NCBI GenBank assembly: GCA_002633005.1
Contig: NMRA01000033.1
Location: forward strand, 11,342 to 75,341
DNA length: 64,000 bases
From: Phoronis australis
Lineage: Eukaryota; Animalia; Phoronida
Direction of reading: 5' to 3'
In this document: positions 26,697 to 39,780 of the stretch, in pieces
How the letters are laid out: every line of letters begins with the position of its first letter
Position numbering within the stretch: position 1 is the stretch's first letter
The notes under the pieces: generated by a model
What the model was told of the DNA's origin: nothing
Seen by the model: the letters and a program-made list of their open reading frames with translations, nothing else
Databases searched by the model: none
Translations under genes and position numbers: made by a program

Positions 26697-27712
26697 TATT
26701 AGTATATTATATTATAATATAATATAATGAAACAAATGTGTACATATTTGGAGGAGGTGTGGGTTTTTGGAGTAATGGGCAGTAACCATACTAGACGCAA
26801 CAGCATTGAACTGCTGAGCGTATGAGCATTTCCATGCCATATACTTTCTCTATTGTGCCAATACAACCCTCATGAAACTTTTGAGCAAAATGTTTGGCCC
26901 ACTATAATACATGTATGGCATAATGAGTGTTGATGCACTATTTTATTTTGTAGTGCGTAAGGTTACGTCATAGTACGTGTGTCAATTGGTTAAGCTTCTT
27001 ATATAACAGACTTTCCGGTACTATCTGGCCTTCTTGACATGAACCGCTATACTGGTAACGCGTACAACGCTAACGATGTTTTCATGGAGCCTAGAGCCTA
27101 TATCATTGTAAGTTTATACTATTTTTCCGCATATTACCGTAGAATTCACTGGCTGTTTCTCGTATTGTGTAAGACTGTTTAATTAGCCCATGCTGTATTA
27201 CGTGGAATATCTTTATTGTATTGTAACGTGAACGCTGTATTTCCAAAGACTTATTATTCGTTATATTTGTTTCAGTGAAACCGGCCTTGTCGGACAGTAA
27301 GCATAACGTCAACCTTGTTCAGAATAAACGTATCATATCCGACTATCCCGTGTGTTCAATGCCCATGGCTCCTACAATGAGCATATTTGAAATATATCTT
27401 GATGAGTTTAACGAAGAAAATGAGAAATAACGAGATAAAAAACTAAATGTCAGAAGGCTGCTAGGCAGTTTTGACGTTTGACCTCTGGTTTGACCTTGGT
27501 TTGACCTTGAAAATGAACCCGTATTAACAAAATAACACCAGAAATGGACTCCCCATCACAGAAAATGGTATAAACAATGTATTACATGACCCTGTTTGTC
27601 ATGAAGTTGAAAAAACCAAAGTGGGTCGAAATTCAAAATGGCGGAATCCGCCATCTTGAATTGCAAAAATGCTTACAGTTGCAGTAAGTGCAACTAAGCT
27701 AATTTTGTTCTC

Positions 27713-27761
27713 CTGATCATATTTAATATATTTCAACTGATCATATTTAATATATTTCAAC
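27713..27761. repeat. 24-bp tandem duplication
   Basis: CTGATCATATTTAATATATTTCAA x2. Confidence 0.9.
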
Positions 27762-28369
27762 AAAAACATTTACAGTAATCAACATAGCAGGTTCACTATG
27801 GGAGCTGTTGGGCTGGCAACTAGACTAATTGTCAACTATAAGCAAACAGGACGTCGTTTCTACTGTGCATTCATTGGTTTTTCTAAAGCATTTGACAAGA
27901 TCAGTTACCTTGGCTCAGACTACAAAAAATGACTTTCAGGATGATTTTTAAAAACTTTACAATCAATGTATAGCAAACTCCGAAAGCGTGGGAGAACACA
28001 GCGTGGTATAACTGATTTTTGATTACAGTATTGGTACTCGACAAGGTTGTATATTAGCCTTCTTTTGTTTACATTGTATTTGAATGAATTTGTAGAATGT
28101 ACCGATTCTAGTAATGACGATGGCATTTTTCTAAGTCAAAATGTCTCTGAAAGTATTGTTATATGCCGATGATATGGCCTTGTGTACTTACTCTCCAGTT
28201 AAACTGCAAAAACTACTGTGTGCTTTGGATAAGAAATGTCAAGAATGGGACAGGTCCGTAAATTTAGCAAAGATCAAAATTATGGTGTTTAGAGACGGAG
28301 GTTCCCTGAGAAATTATGAAAGGTGGTATTTTGGAGGTGAAATCTCGAAGTGGTTCCAGTTACAAGTAT

Positions 28370-29001
28370 ATTTTTTTCTCAAAAATTTGAGACCCCCATC
28401 TTTTATTACAATATCAATAACACAGTACAAAGAGAGAAATCCCCAATGACACATCACACACACACATGCGCGCACGCATTTCACCGAAAACTCAATTTCA
28501 CAAACCAAAAACACCAAATGTACTTTTCTCAACTGCATTTGTTTTTGAAGAGGAAAAACAGACCACTTTTGGAGAAATATGTCTCCTAATCAATTTTACA
28601 ATAATTATATTTTTCGAATGAGAAATAAATTTCTAATTCTTTTTTGAAAAGTGTTATAGATGGAGTTTCTACTTTCAACTTTCTATAGTATATAATTATG
28701 CTTTTTGGCCAAAAGAACGATAAGGTTCAACGGATTATTCGCTTTTCCAGCTTTACCAAATATAACAGTCTGAAAATCTATCAATATATCGACGTTTTTT
28801 CGTGAATATAACATTCAGCTATTCTTTTCCAAAAAGGCTATCAAAAATGCAACCCCAAAATAAACTTTCAGGTTCATTCCTACAAAAGGTACATCGGTTA
28901 GTTTGAGAAATACCAATGCCCATTATTATTTGTTGCTAAAATCCTATGTACAATTTTCATTTGAAACCATCTGAGTCTAACATTTGAAGTACAAAAACAG
29001 A
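28370..29001 (-). mobile_element. 5'-truncated L1/Tx1 3' fragment with 12-bp TSD
   Basis: AGTTACAAGTAT at 28358-28369 and 29002-29013. Zinc knuckle remnant RCTFCRNEPESLFWGC and an A-rich 3' end. Confidence 0.75.
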
Positions 29002-30839
29002 AGTTACAAGTATCTTGGTATTGTGTTCACGCCAGCGTTATTGGAGACTATGGCTACTCAGACCGTCAGCTAAAGCCATGAAGGTCGCCACGTTTCAACC
29101 GCGTGTGGCCTCCGAGATATTTGATAAAATGGTTTACCCTACCTTGTGTTATGGAACCGAAATATGGAGTTTACAAGAATACAACTGGTTAGAATAAGTG
29201 CATGTTAAATTTTATAAGCGTGTGTTGTGTGTACCTAATTCATGCTCAAACGATGATGCACGAAGAGAAAGGGGGTGGCTACCGTTATTTACCAAGCACT
29301 ATGTGGCCGTGATCCAGTATTGGTTCAAACTTTTCAAAATGCCTCCTCATCGTAACTCAAACGCAGCTTAAGACAGTTAGTATGACAGGTCAAAATGATC
29401 GGCACTCCCAAAATTGGGTCACATCAGTTAGACTTATACTGTCAAATTAAGGATTCCAAGATGTTTGGATAAATCAAGGCGTTGTGTGTGAAATTATTTT
29501 TCAGCTAATTTTTAGACATCAAATAAGGGATTATTATTTGCAAGGATGGAGACAGCGTTGAGAATAATACTAAATTGTGTTTTTATGATCAACTTAAAAA
29601 GGAATTCAAATTGGAAAAATTAAGTTTGAATATACCCCGTGCACAAATTATGTCCATGGCACGATTTCGTTGTTCTTGTCAGTCTCATAATATAAGTAGG
29701 CAGGCACTTGAATTTGGATAAGGCAAACAGAGTGTGTCCCTTCTGCCCCAATGTTGCTGAACATGAGTGCCACATCCTTCTTAGCTATGATAAATATTCT
29801 GAATTGAGAAAAGATTATATTGAAATTATATTGAAGTGTATTACTGGATTTTTTTGTCTGCTTTTAAGTTCAATAGATCAATGTCAACAAATGATGATGC
29901 TAAATTAGTTAACCTATGTAAATGTGTATTTTATGCTCCTCGACTCCGTGATAGCTTGCTGCACTCCTAGCTATGTTACATGTTGTTCCTGTGTACAGTG
30001 GGTCAGTGGCGTTTATTACAGAAATAAATTGATTGAATGATTGGTTTAAGTGAGTTTCAGCAAAAGTCTGGGAGACAACGGCTAGAATCGGCGATTTGTT
30101 TTAAAATCATATTAAAAATAACAAATGTTGTTGTCTTGTAGCTCTGGTCAAACTCGGTAACTTCATTAAGTCTGTTTCTTTCAGCAATAATCACAAATGC
30201 TTTTTGGATCGTAAAAACGACAGAGTCGTTTTAATAAATCATTACAAACAGTCTTACGTTTTATTTGTAGCTCTGCGATTTTCTGGCGGGTCCACTCTCA
30301 AAAACAACGAGTGTTGGATTCTAGTTGATGGGTTTTCACGATAGTCGTCAAGCTAGAAATAATGAAAATGACTAAATGTCTGAGAACAATCACATCACTT
30401 TTACACTGTTTCTTCAACATTATTGTTGGTGCAACATAATGTTGCAGAAATGTTGCCCAGTACACAAAGAGAAATGAAGAGTTTCAACATTCTGATAAGA
30501 TATTGGGAAAATGGTCGAGCAAGTACAACAAGGACGTGTTTATTGCAACACTTCTCCAGCATTATGTGTTGCAACACGGTGCTGAACAATTTGCTGTGTG
30601 TATACTGAGGGAAAGCAGTTTTGTAACAGTTAACCAACACCACAGACATCATATGAAGGAGTCGTGTCATTTGTGTACAATAGCTTGTCTCTCAAATGTA
30701 ACTCCCTGACTAAGAAATGATAGCCTATGCCCCATGCTGTTCCCAAATGTGAATCCGAGGCCTGGTCAAATCCATTTCATCCCTTTCTATTTTATAATGT
30801 ACTCGAGACTAATTCTTAGCCCGTATCGTTCCCTTTTGA

Positions 30840-33540
30840 AGGAAATGGTGTCACTTTTACAATATTTCAGAAGAGCCCGGTAGACACGCGATCTCACCGT
30901 TATTTTGGCCGCCATTTTGGATTTAAGTATGGCAGCAGTGTAAATTGAACGCACAACGAAATCATGAAAATTTATAGAACAGCGACATTCCTGCACCCCA
31001 GTTTTGTTACATAACTACGTATATAAGTAGCTTGTTGGCAAGGAAAAAGCAGATTTGTATCAAAAACTGAGTGTTTTGCAGAGAAATGTTGACGTAGGAA
31101 ATTTAAATCGCACCATCCACTATGTTAAGAGTGAAATAGGCTTTCTTTTTCGTTTTAACTGAATTTAACAAAACGCTGCAAGTGTTTTGGGACTTAATGA
31201 TTTGATGAAAGGAATATACACTAACATGCGCGTGAGTGTTAAAGCTTCGTCACACTCAGTGTAGTATTTACATATCAGTCACAGTTCTTTCAGTGAGTGT
31301 CATTTATAGTATAATGGCCTCGGTTTACTGAAAACGGTTAAAAATCGTTTATTTGTAAATGCTGGAGATCTAAGCAGCAATGGGTGCAGCTTAAATATCC
31401 AACCAACTCGGAAATTTGATTATTTGTAAAATGAATTCTCGACTTTTGTTGATCTCCAGAAAGGTGCAGTGAAGACTAGTTAATGCACTTTGCAGATATC
31501 ATTTTAAAATTCAAGGCATTTGATCACTTGTCCCCAGAAATTGATATTCAACGTCTAGATAATGACTGCTTTGTGGAGGAAAGCGCTATGAGGAGCGATC
31601 TTCCATGTAAAATCGCCTGAATAAATTAAAACGAAGATAACGCCAGTGACGACAAGGCAATACCGATTGAAACACCAATGCTGAAAGTGACACTGACACA
31701 ATGCCAATGCCGTTCACCGCCAACCGTCGACAGTATCACTGCCAATCCTAACGACGTCGACGAGCTGAAAGCATCCTGGAGCCAGCAACGGAAGTTGACA
31801 ACGGCCGTGAATGATTACTACGCCAATGACGGCGACAACGTAGCAAACGGCAAAGGCAACGAGAATGCAACTACTGAACACGTCGTCGTCAATAACGATG
31901 CCGTCTCCTACGAAGAGGATGGCGACGACTTTAACCATAAGGCTCGCACAGCATATGGTGCAAGCGACAGTTTATGAAATTTTTACCAAGATGACGCAAA
32001 CGATGATGCCGAATGCCATGATGACAACAAATATTGAAACGATAATAACTACGAAACTGTTGCACAAGAGGAGGTCAATCGACAAGAGAGTGAGGAATGG
32101 TCAATCAATAAAAGAACAGTCGTCAGAAAATCTCGAATAAATCCAGAGCAGCAAGAGGTAGCTGCAGAAACGGAATCAACGTTTTTGGAGTTCTTTACAA
32201 TGATATCTAAATCCAAAAACATTTATCAAAGGACTGTGGTGTCATGGCTCTGTAAAGCAAATTTGAATACACAGCCAAGTTGTGTATGATGCCAAAAAAA
32301 TTTTCTCGATTTATTGAAAGTTAGTTGGACAAAAATGAGATATGCATTGTTCTAACGACAGAAAAGGTCAAAGTGTTCTTGTTCTCCGAGACGACTGTTT
32401 TTAAAACAGGTTTAGACACGTCTCAGTGTCAGATCTTAGTGATCAGTAATTCTCAAGTAACTCGAGAACCTTAAGGCGTAGCTCAAAACGGGTGCACACT
32501 GTTTATATCTCTTCACAGGATTTATCCGCATATTAATATCCAGAACAATACGTGAAATGCGTGCTGAACCGAGGCTACGTAAAGCAAAAATTTAGAAAAT
32601 AGCGCCACAGAACTAACAAAAATCAAAAATAACATTTTTAAGATACTCTAAAGTTATGTGTCGTATTCAAATTTCTTTTCAGCCGGACTATAAATGAGGT
32701 CCGTATCATGCGAATAACACACAAGGTCTATGTTGTTTTTGTACCATGAGACGTTTGCTGCTAGCTTGAGATACGTACCAGTAATGGACCTGAGTCACTA
32801 GTAAATTTCAAATAACTCCAAAACGGTAAATCCTAGTGAGGAACGCATGTCAACGCCTAGCTCTTGACATATCCGCATTCGAATACTTCAGAGGAATGTG
32901 GAGCTATTAGAAATTTGAAAAATGGCCCCCACTTCACCACCTTAGCTGCGATTTCAATCAAAACAACATGTCTTGAGATAAAGAAAAAGCTCAAAGTGTT
33001 CATAATTGACGCGAATCCGCTTAAAATGTGGCATACAACATAGTACAGTCATAAGTTTAATACTTTAATCTATGGTACAGCCGACAAGAAATCTGGGAAT
33101 GATCACTCAATAAAAGAACAGTTGTCAGGAAATCGTGATTTTTTAACTTTTAAAGACGTCGGATTAACGACATCAGCAGGTAAACATGTTTTGAACTTTA
33201 GTGGAGTTCCAGATAAACAAAAATATTTAATATATTGAAATAGAGAACTAAAGACACCGGCGATACAGAATGTGAACATTGCAAATTAGTCCTTTTTGGC
33301 ACTCATCTTGTACTCTAATGTTGTTGCAAACAAATATTCTTCCGTCATGATATCACAAATGTCCCAGTTAGAGCACAGCACAGTCAAACTGTTACTAATG
33401 GCACATGTTTTTTTTATCTCTCGCTGGTAAATCATGTCTTAGTAGCAGCCATATTAAAATCTAAGATCGCAGCCATACTAGGGGTCAAATCACGTGTTTC
33501 CCGGGCTTTTTGAAAAGTGCACGGCAAATAACATTAGTGC
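30840..33540. mobile_element. Decayed TIR element with an internal acidic low-complexity ORF remnant (31620-32140)
   Basis: About 30860-30938 is an imperfect inverted repeat of about 33441-33520. Exact ends and TSD were not found. Confidence 0.45.
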
Positions 33541-34971
33541 TCAAAATTTCACATTTTCTACAAAAACTGAACTTTCTTCCTCTTTCGTCTCTCCTTATCC
33601 ACAGCAGCAGCCAAATTTGCCATTCCTTCACGATAATAGCGGAAATTGCTGCAAATACACTCTAAACACACAAGTCATATTTTTTCACTCCAAACGTTCT
33701 TTTCCCTCTCATTTTCACCAACAAATTTCGAACATGTCATTAATATATTGCTAGTCTTTTATGGTAAATCTACACAAGGCACGTTCCATAATTGTTGGAA
33801 CAGTGGTCGAGAAATGTTGTGAAAATATTACCAGTGTACACCTTAAAAACGTAACATCCTTCACTTCCGCACCTGCGAATGTGTATATCCTCAACTCTTA
33901 AGCGATTAATATTTTCAAAGAAAACGCTTTCAAACTTTTTGTCGGACATATTTGACAATGGAATATACATGAAAACAGTCTCACATTTTGACAGTTTTGT
34001 CAATCGTCAATAGCACGGTTCCTATGGAACGCTGCCTTGGGCTGTCTCCTGTAAACTCGTGATAACGCAAAATCACGCAAGACATCGCAAAATATCACCA
34101 TGCATACGATAACAAGCGAAGCATGTGGTCGTCCTAGCTTTACTTGCGAAATGCTCGTATCTTCGCAACTTGATTCAAACAGTGCATCACGTGATTTTGC
34201 ATCGCAACTTTTACCGTTTTTGGAGCACAAAATCGTATTTTGCTTCACCCATTCTGGTGTTCGAGACGGGAGGAGTTGATTGGGACAAAACGCAATTTAT
34301 TTCCTTCAAGCACATTTTCAGACGTTAGACATTTTTGTGTGATTAGTTTGAATATTCCATCGCTCAACAGTGGTAATTTGATGGCAGGGTGGCGGCAAAG
34401 AAATAACAAAAATGCGGAGAAACATCCCTCTACATTGAATGTATGCATGTATGCAGAGGCAGTTATATACCCAGCCGCACAATTTTGATTTAGCGAAAAG
34501 TCTTATTTCGGAATGTCGCTGCCGTACCGGAAAATGACAATTGATTACTCCGAGAGGGGCGTTCTGCTGGGGTAGTGGGGCAAACGCACTCGTCATCTTG
34601 AAACATCTTAGGAACACGTGTTCAAGGCATGTGTTTTGTTTTTAAAGCTATTAGTCTTCAACTCTAGGCATATCTCTTTAAACCTTACCTGACTTGAGTA
34701 ACCGTATCCAAATTTGCCGTAAGCGAACACAAACTCAACCTCTAGTCTTCCAACAACCTGACAACAAAGTACAAAAGTAGGGATTTAGTTGACTACCCTA
34801 AAATACAATCTATCCTGTTCGTCATGTCTGTATAAACAATAAATAAGTAAATGAATATGAAAGCGCTCGGAGAAGCGACACTTGGTGAAAAGACCACGAA
34901 GTTGGCGAAGAAAAATTGACATCGATACGATAACGAACACAATTTTTAAGTCCGACTTACAACACTGAGAG

Positions 34972-35767
34972 ACTTCAGTCTTACAACATACGCTTGAAAG
35001 GAAAAGGAGATTATTCACTTGGAACCACATTTGGAGACTGAAATAAGATAAAATGGAATACGTGTACTGCATAAATGAGAATAAAGATGATGATGATCAT
35101 GGAGCCGATGGTGATGGTGTTCATGACGATCATATGACGGCTGTAGATATGCCAGAATGCCTACTGTGATTCAAGATGGTGACTCTGGCGTCCGTTTTGT
35201 TGTAAAAAATTAACGTATTGGCCGTCAAACATGACTGGAGAATTCTGGAGAATAGCTTGGTCATTGGTCTCTAGAGGCATTGTAGTATAAGATAATCACT
35301 TACTTAGAGGAGTTGTAGATTGGGTGCAGACGGGAGGTAAGTGGGACCGAGGTCTCCACTTACCTTACGTGTATTCGAATATTCTTAACCAGCGAAAGGC
35401 GGGAAACTCCTCACTCATTGATAAAAACCTGGCGGACCAGTTTGCTGCAATACTGCAATGCCTCTAGAGACCAATGACCAACCTATTCGCCAGAATTCTC
35501 CAGTCATGTTTGACGGCCAATGCGTTAATTTTTTATAACAAAACGGACGCCAGAGTCAACATCTTGAATCACATTAGGCATTCTGACATATGTGCAGCCG
35601 TCATATGATCGTCATGAACACCATCATCATCGGCTCCAGGATCATCATCATCTTTATTCTCATTTATTCAACACATGTATTTCATTTTACCCTATTTCAG
35701 TCTCCAAATGTGCTTCCAAGTGAATAATCTCCTTTTCGTTTCAAGCGTATGTTGTAAGACTGAAGTA
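34972..35767. repeat. Long inverted repeat, arms about 317 bp, spacer about 160 bp
   Basis: 34972-35288 is the reverse complement of 35450-35767 with scattered mismatches. The near-identical ORFs 34785..35072(-) and 35675..35986(+) reflect this. Confidence 0.95.
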
Positions 35768-36879
35768 CAAATGAGCTTAGCTCCAAGTACAAGTACAATA
35801 TTCAACGTCATGCATTTTGCGTCTCTGGTAGTGCAAATTCTAGGTATTTGCACACAATTTTCGTTCACATTTCTTAGGACGACTCGGGAATCCCTGGGAA
35901 ACCCCTACAGAATTGTCGTTACCCTAATGAAACAAGGCACAGTTTTTGTTATTTGTTTATTTCACTATCAAATAACGATTGCGTAATACTTGGAATTAGT
36001 GGGGCTTATATGTGTTCACACTTGTTTTCAAGTGTGGTGCTTTCTTTAAAACTGCAATTTGTTTACAAATTGTTTCTTTTCCTGGTTATACTTGAACACA
36101 CAGTTCTCCAGGAAGTCACTAAGTGGCGCATGCTACAAATCTTAACGGTTTTAATGAGACATAGCATTATTAACATAAAAATAACGAACGTTGGTTAACA
36201 TACGCAGAGCCTAATAAGTATATTCATAAACTTATATTTCCTCCTGTCACCAGACTTGTAGCATCAGAATTGACAAATCAATATGGGAACTAAACATAGT
36301 CTGAAAAACGTTTGAGCCCTGAAGTTTCAACTTGAAGTGCATACACTTTTCCTATAGAAATTATTAATTAATGCTACTACTTAGACTGGCCGCATTTGCC
36401 TGACTGTCATGTTTCTAAAGGGTCTTCACAGTGTGCATTACCATTGCACCAGCAACAAACAACACCACGTAAGCAGCACTGCCAGCGTGATTAGTCATCT
36501 GAAGAGGAACGGGCCTCGGTGGCAAAAATATGTTCGATCACTTCACATCCGGGTACTTTTTGAAGTCGAAGGTAAGAAGAAACACTCTTTCTTCCCAATG
36601 TAGTAAAAGCAGTTTTAACATATCTGCTTGTTTAACTCAGCCCCACCTGTCATTTTCTTTTATCAGAAATTACACCAGTTTAATAGGTAACGAAACTGAA
36701 AATCTGAAACAAAAAACATTTGCTAAGTGCCATTAAAAAGATGTTGCATTCAATGCTGAAACCATATAGACTTAAAAATGTTCTTGTTGAGGTTATCTTT
36801 TGAATTCAACTAAAGATGTGATTTGTGTTTTCCAGCTTCACATAAGTGTCATATCTTTATTTAAGGACACTGCAATTGT

Positions 36880-38208
36880 TATCACTAGAGTCTTATGGAG
36901 TTAATGATAACGAACTCCTTTGGTTTAGAAACTACTTATAAGACCGTAAACAGGCCACCAAATACGGTGGTATTCTTTCTGACTACTCAACCGTAATCAA
37001 GTGGGTACCTCAGGGTTCCATTTTGGGCCCTCTATTATTCACTATTTTTGTTAACGACCTCCTTACTGTCCCAGTTTTATACGCTGATGACACTGCAATT
37101 ATGTCCGCAGCTGGATCAGTAAAAGAACTCGAAACTTCCCTCAACGATGAGCTAGCCCTTATCCATGACTAGCTGATTCAAAATAAACTCACTCTTAACG
37201 TTAGTAAAACCAAATCGATGCTGTTTGGAACCCACCAGAAATTAAAACAACAAAAACTGTCCCTTTCTATCAACGGTTCTCCCATCGAGAACGTTGACAA
37301 GTTTAAGTACTTGGGCCTTATTTTAGATCCCAATCTTAAATTTAATATGCACATAGATCATATCACCAAAAATTATCAAAGAAAATCGGTGTACTTAAAC
37401 GTCTAAGCAAATTTCTTAATGTCAGTACTCTTAAGACCCTTTACCATTCTATTATTCAGCCTCATATTGATTATTGTTTACCGGTTTTGGGGCACACTAG
37501 TGACACACTTGTCAGCAACGTCCAAGTAATCCAAAATAGGGCCGCCAGGGCTATCCTGGGTACTAAATTAGGGACACTAGGGTTGACGACTTGTATTCCT
37601 ACAAGCTGGGATTTATGAAAGTAAGACAAAGAAATAAATATCTATTTGCCTGTTGTATGTACAGATGTATCAATGGCTTGGCTCCAGCATATCTCAGCAG
37701 CAAATTCAATAGCAGTCAGGCTGTATATTCTACACGTTCTTCTGCTGCTGGCAATGTTTCTTCTAAAAAATTATAACCGAGACGGGCAAGAGATCTTTTA
37801 TCTATGCAGCTGCTATAATATGGAATTCTCTTAGCCCAGAAATTTAACGGTCCAGTTCAATTACTACCTTCAAAGTAAATATTAAAAAATGGCTGTAATT
37901 TACCTAACCTTTTATACCCTGTGTGTCTTAATCATGTCATTTTTTCATTGTCGTAAATACTCTCACCGTCTAGAGTCATCTCTTAATTCATTTCATCTGT
38001 CTTAGTTAAATTTTTACCATTATTCGTCATTTAGTTATTGTCTCAATTCTGAACCTGTTTTAATTGTATCTTTGTTACGTATATTTCATTGTTGTTTTAT
38101 TACTTCATTGCAATATATTGCTGTTTTTCCTGTTGAGGGCCCTCTTGGAAAGCAGTGCTATCACAGAAGAGGCCACCCTCATTTTAAATATCACAATAAA
38201 CAAATAAG
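36880..38208 (+). mobile_element. 5'-truncated L2/Crack-like LINE
   Basis: SYGV...LLWFRNYL, VPQGSILGPLLFTIFVNDL, YADDT and FKYLG. The 3' stem-loop GAGGG-CCTCTT...AAGAGG-CCCTC is followed by an AATAAA tail. Confidence 0.9.
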
Positions 38209-38834
38209 TCACCTGTTTTAAACATGAAACGAGTGTCATCAATCGAAAGCTGTCGCTAATGCACAAGCATTTCATGAGTACAACCCTAGTTGCATTTGTG
38301 CTTTCTACGCAAGTTCATGGAACGTGGAAAATAGTGTTATTCAGATGTGGTGGTCATGTCGTCGAAAAACCACCAGGGAGTTTTAGAAAATTGGATAGTG
38401 TGAAATTTTGTTTTGTGAAGTTCTACAAGAAGCGGGAAGTGTATTTTTAATGCACCAATTAATGACCATTTTCAAGGACATACCGTTCATTCCGTCAAAA
38501 ACCGGGTACTTCTACGACAACCACAGATTGCTCGGTCTACTCAGCTGACTAACTACTTGAAATCTACGTTTTACGTTGAAGTTCATTAATAAATGAATAC
38601 GACTTATATATAACTAGCCTTTATTCTTGATACGTATGCATTTAATTCAAACACTGGACGACGACGAGGAAGACTAATTATCACATTCATGAAACGTGAC
38701 TTCCGACTTAAGTCAGAAATTTCATCTTGCCTTTCCAATTACCTAATGAAGTTATCGCCATGTCATTATTAGCACGTCACAGGAAACAAACAGTTTTTAT
38801 CATACATACATGTACGTGTTGATACAGGCGTGGG

Positions 38835-38945
38835 ATAAAGGAGTTATCAAGGGGTCTGATATGATAAAAATACATTTCCATATCAGCCCTGGGGCTGATA
38901 ACCCATATCAGTCCATAGGCTGATAAGTGCCGTTATTCCCCGTTA
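38835..38945. repeat. Palindromic cassette resembling non-autonomous Crypton ends
   Basis: TATCAGCCC...GGGCTGATA and TATCAGTC...GGCTGATA inverted motifs. Confidence 0.4.
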
Positions 38946-39231
38946 AAGTCTAGGCAAAATGACTAAGACTGACAGTACATTAGCTAGCGCAGTGCTGGAA
39001 ACCCAGAGGTATTTATAGCTTTATACAACTTCCCATTGTACTGTGCTGGTGTTCTAAGCAAATGCAAAACGAAATACTCAATAACGAAAAAACAAAAAAA
39101 ACTCAAAAGTACATAGATAAACGCCAGTTTACTCTATAGTTTGATAAATATGACTGATGAAAAAATACGATGAAAAACATGACAATTACTAAATGCACGT
39201 TACACCGCAACAACTGCCCCGACATCTATTG

Positions 39232-39780
39232 ATATGAGTACGAATTTCAAAATCAGCGCATATGCAAACAACGACATATTAATCGACGTTTCAGTTTGTC
39301 ACTAAACCGTTCTCAATACAAATGTTCACAATATTCCTGTCAGGTGAAGAACAGTCTGCACAGGTACACGTCAAAATGCATTGTGAGGGGGAAATTCCAG
39401 AAATCAAAACAACTGGACCTGAAATGAACCCATGTTTCTATTCAGACACCGCCCTGGGTGATTCAACCGTACATACATAGTCTCCTTTTTGAGGAGCCTG
39501 AGGGTTGCATTATTCGTGTCCAAGATCTGAACACCAGAGTAATCTAGATGTGACCAATGAATGATTAAGAACAGTACTGTGTGTGTCTTTACAATGTTCT
39601 TTGACTATGATGCTGAAAATCCTGTTCGTCACTCCAATGTAAAACTGTTCATATTCATTACAGTTGAGTTGGTACACATGTGAACATTTGTTTTTAGAAT
39701 GGTTCAGTGACAATAAACCGAAACGCCGATTAATATGCCTATGTTTACATATGCGCTGGTTTTAAAGTTCGTCATATATT
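39232..39780 (-). mobile_element. Penelope-like GIY-YIG fragment between inverted repeats of about 100 bp
   Basis: VYQLNCNEYEQFYIGVTNR...KEH. 39232-39330 is the reverse complement of 39679-39779. Confidence 0.8.

Larger units (their letters stand above)
23120..27827 (-). mobile_element. Academ-like DNA transposon, decayed, both ends present
   Basis: TIRs TAGTCTAGTTGCCA / TGGCAACTAGACTA with longer imperfect inverted subtermini. TSD ATT at 23117-23119 and 27828-27830. Transposase remnant CLKEMLAYFFVAGHHNCMRY at about 26050-26120. Confidence 0.8.
22930..30035 (+). mobile_element. RTE-X-like LINE (RT to 3' end), interrupted at 23120-27827 and 28370-29001
   Basis: RLSDWAVEKNK...CQAGF...STVNQM continues after the insert as RRFYCAFIGFSKAFD, then VLLYADD, YKYLG, GFQDVWINQGV and RVCPFCP..EHECH. 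The tail is AATAAA followed by TTGA repeats. Confidence 0.8.

Noticed and set aside
34683-34790. Minus-strand CAG|GTAAG donor as the upstream exon of the gene at 5331
   Set aside because: A donor consensus alone is common by chance, and nothing links it to that exon.
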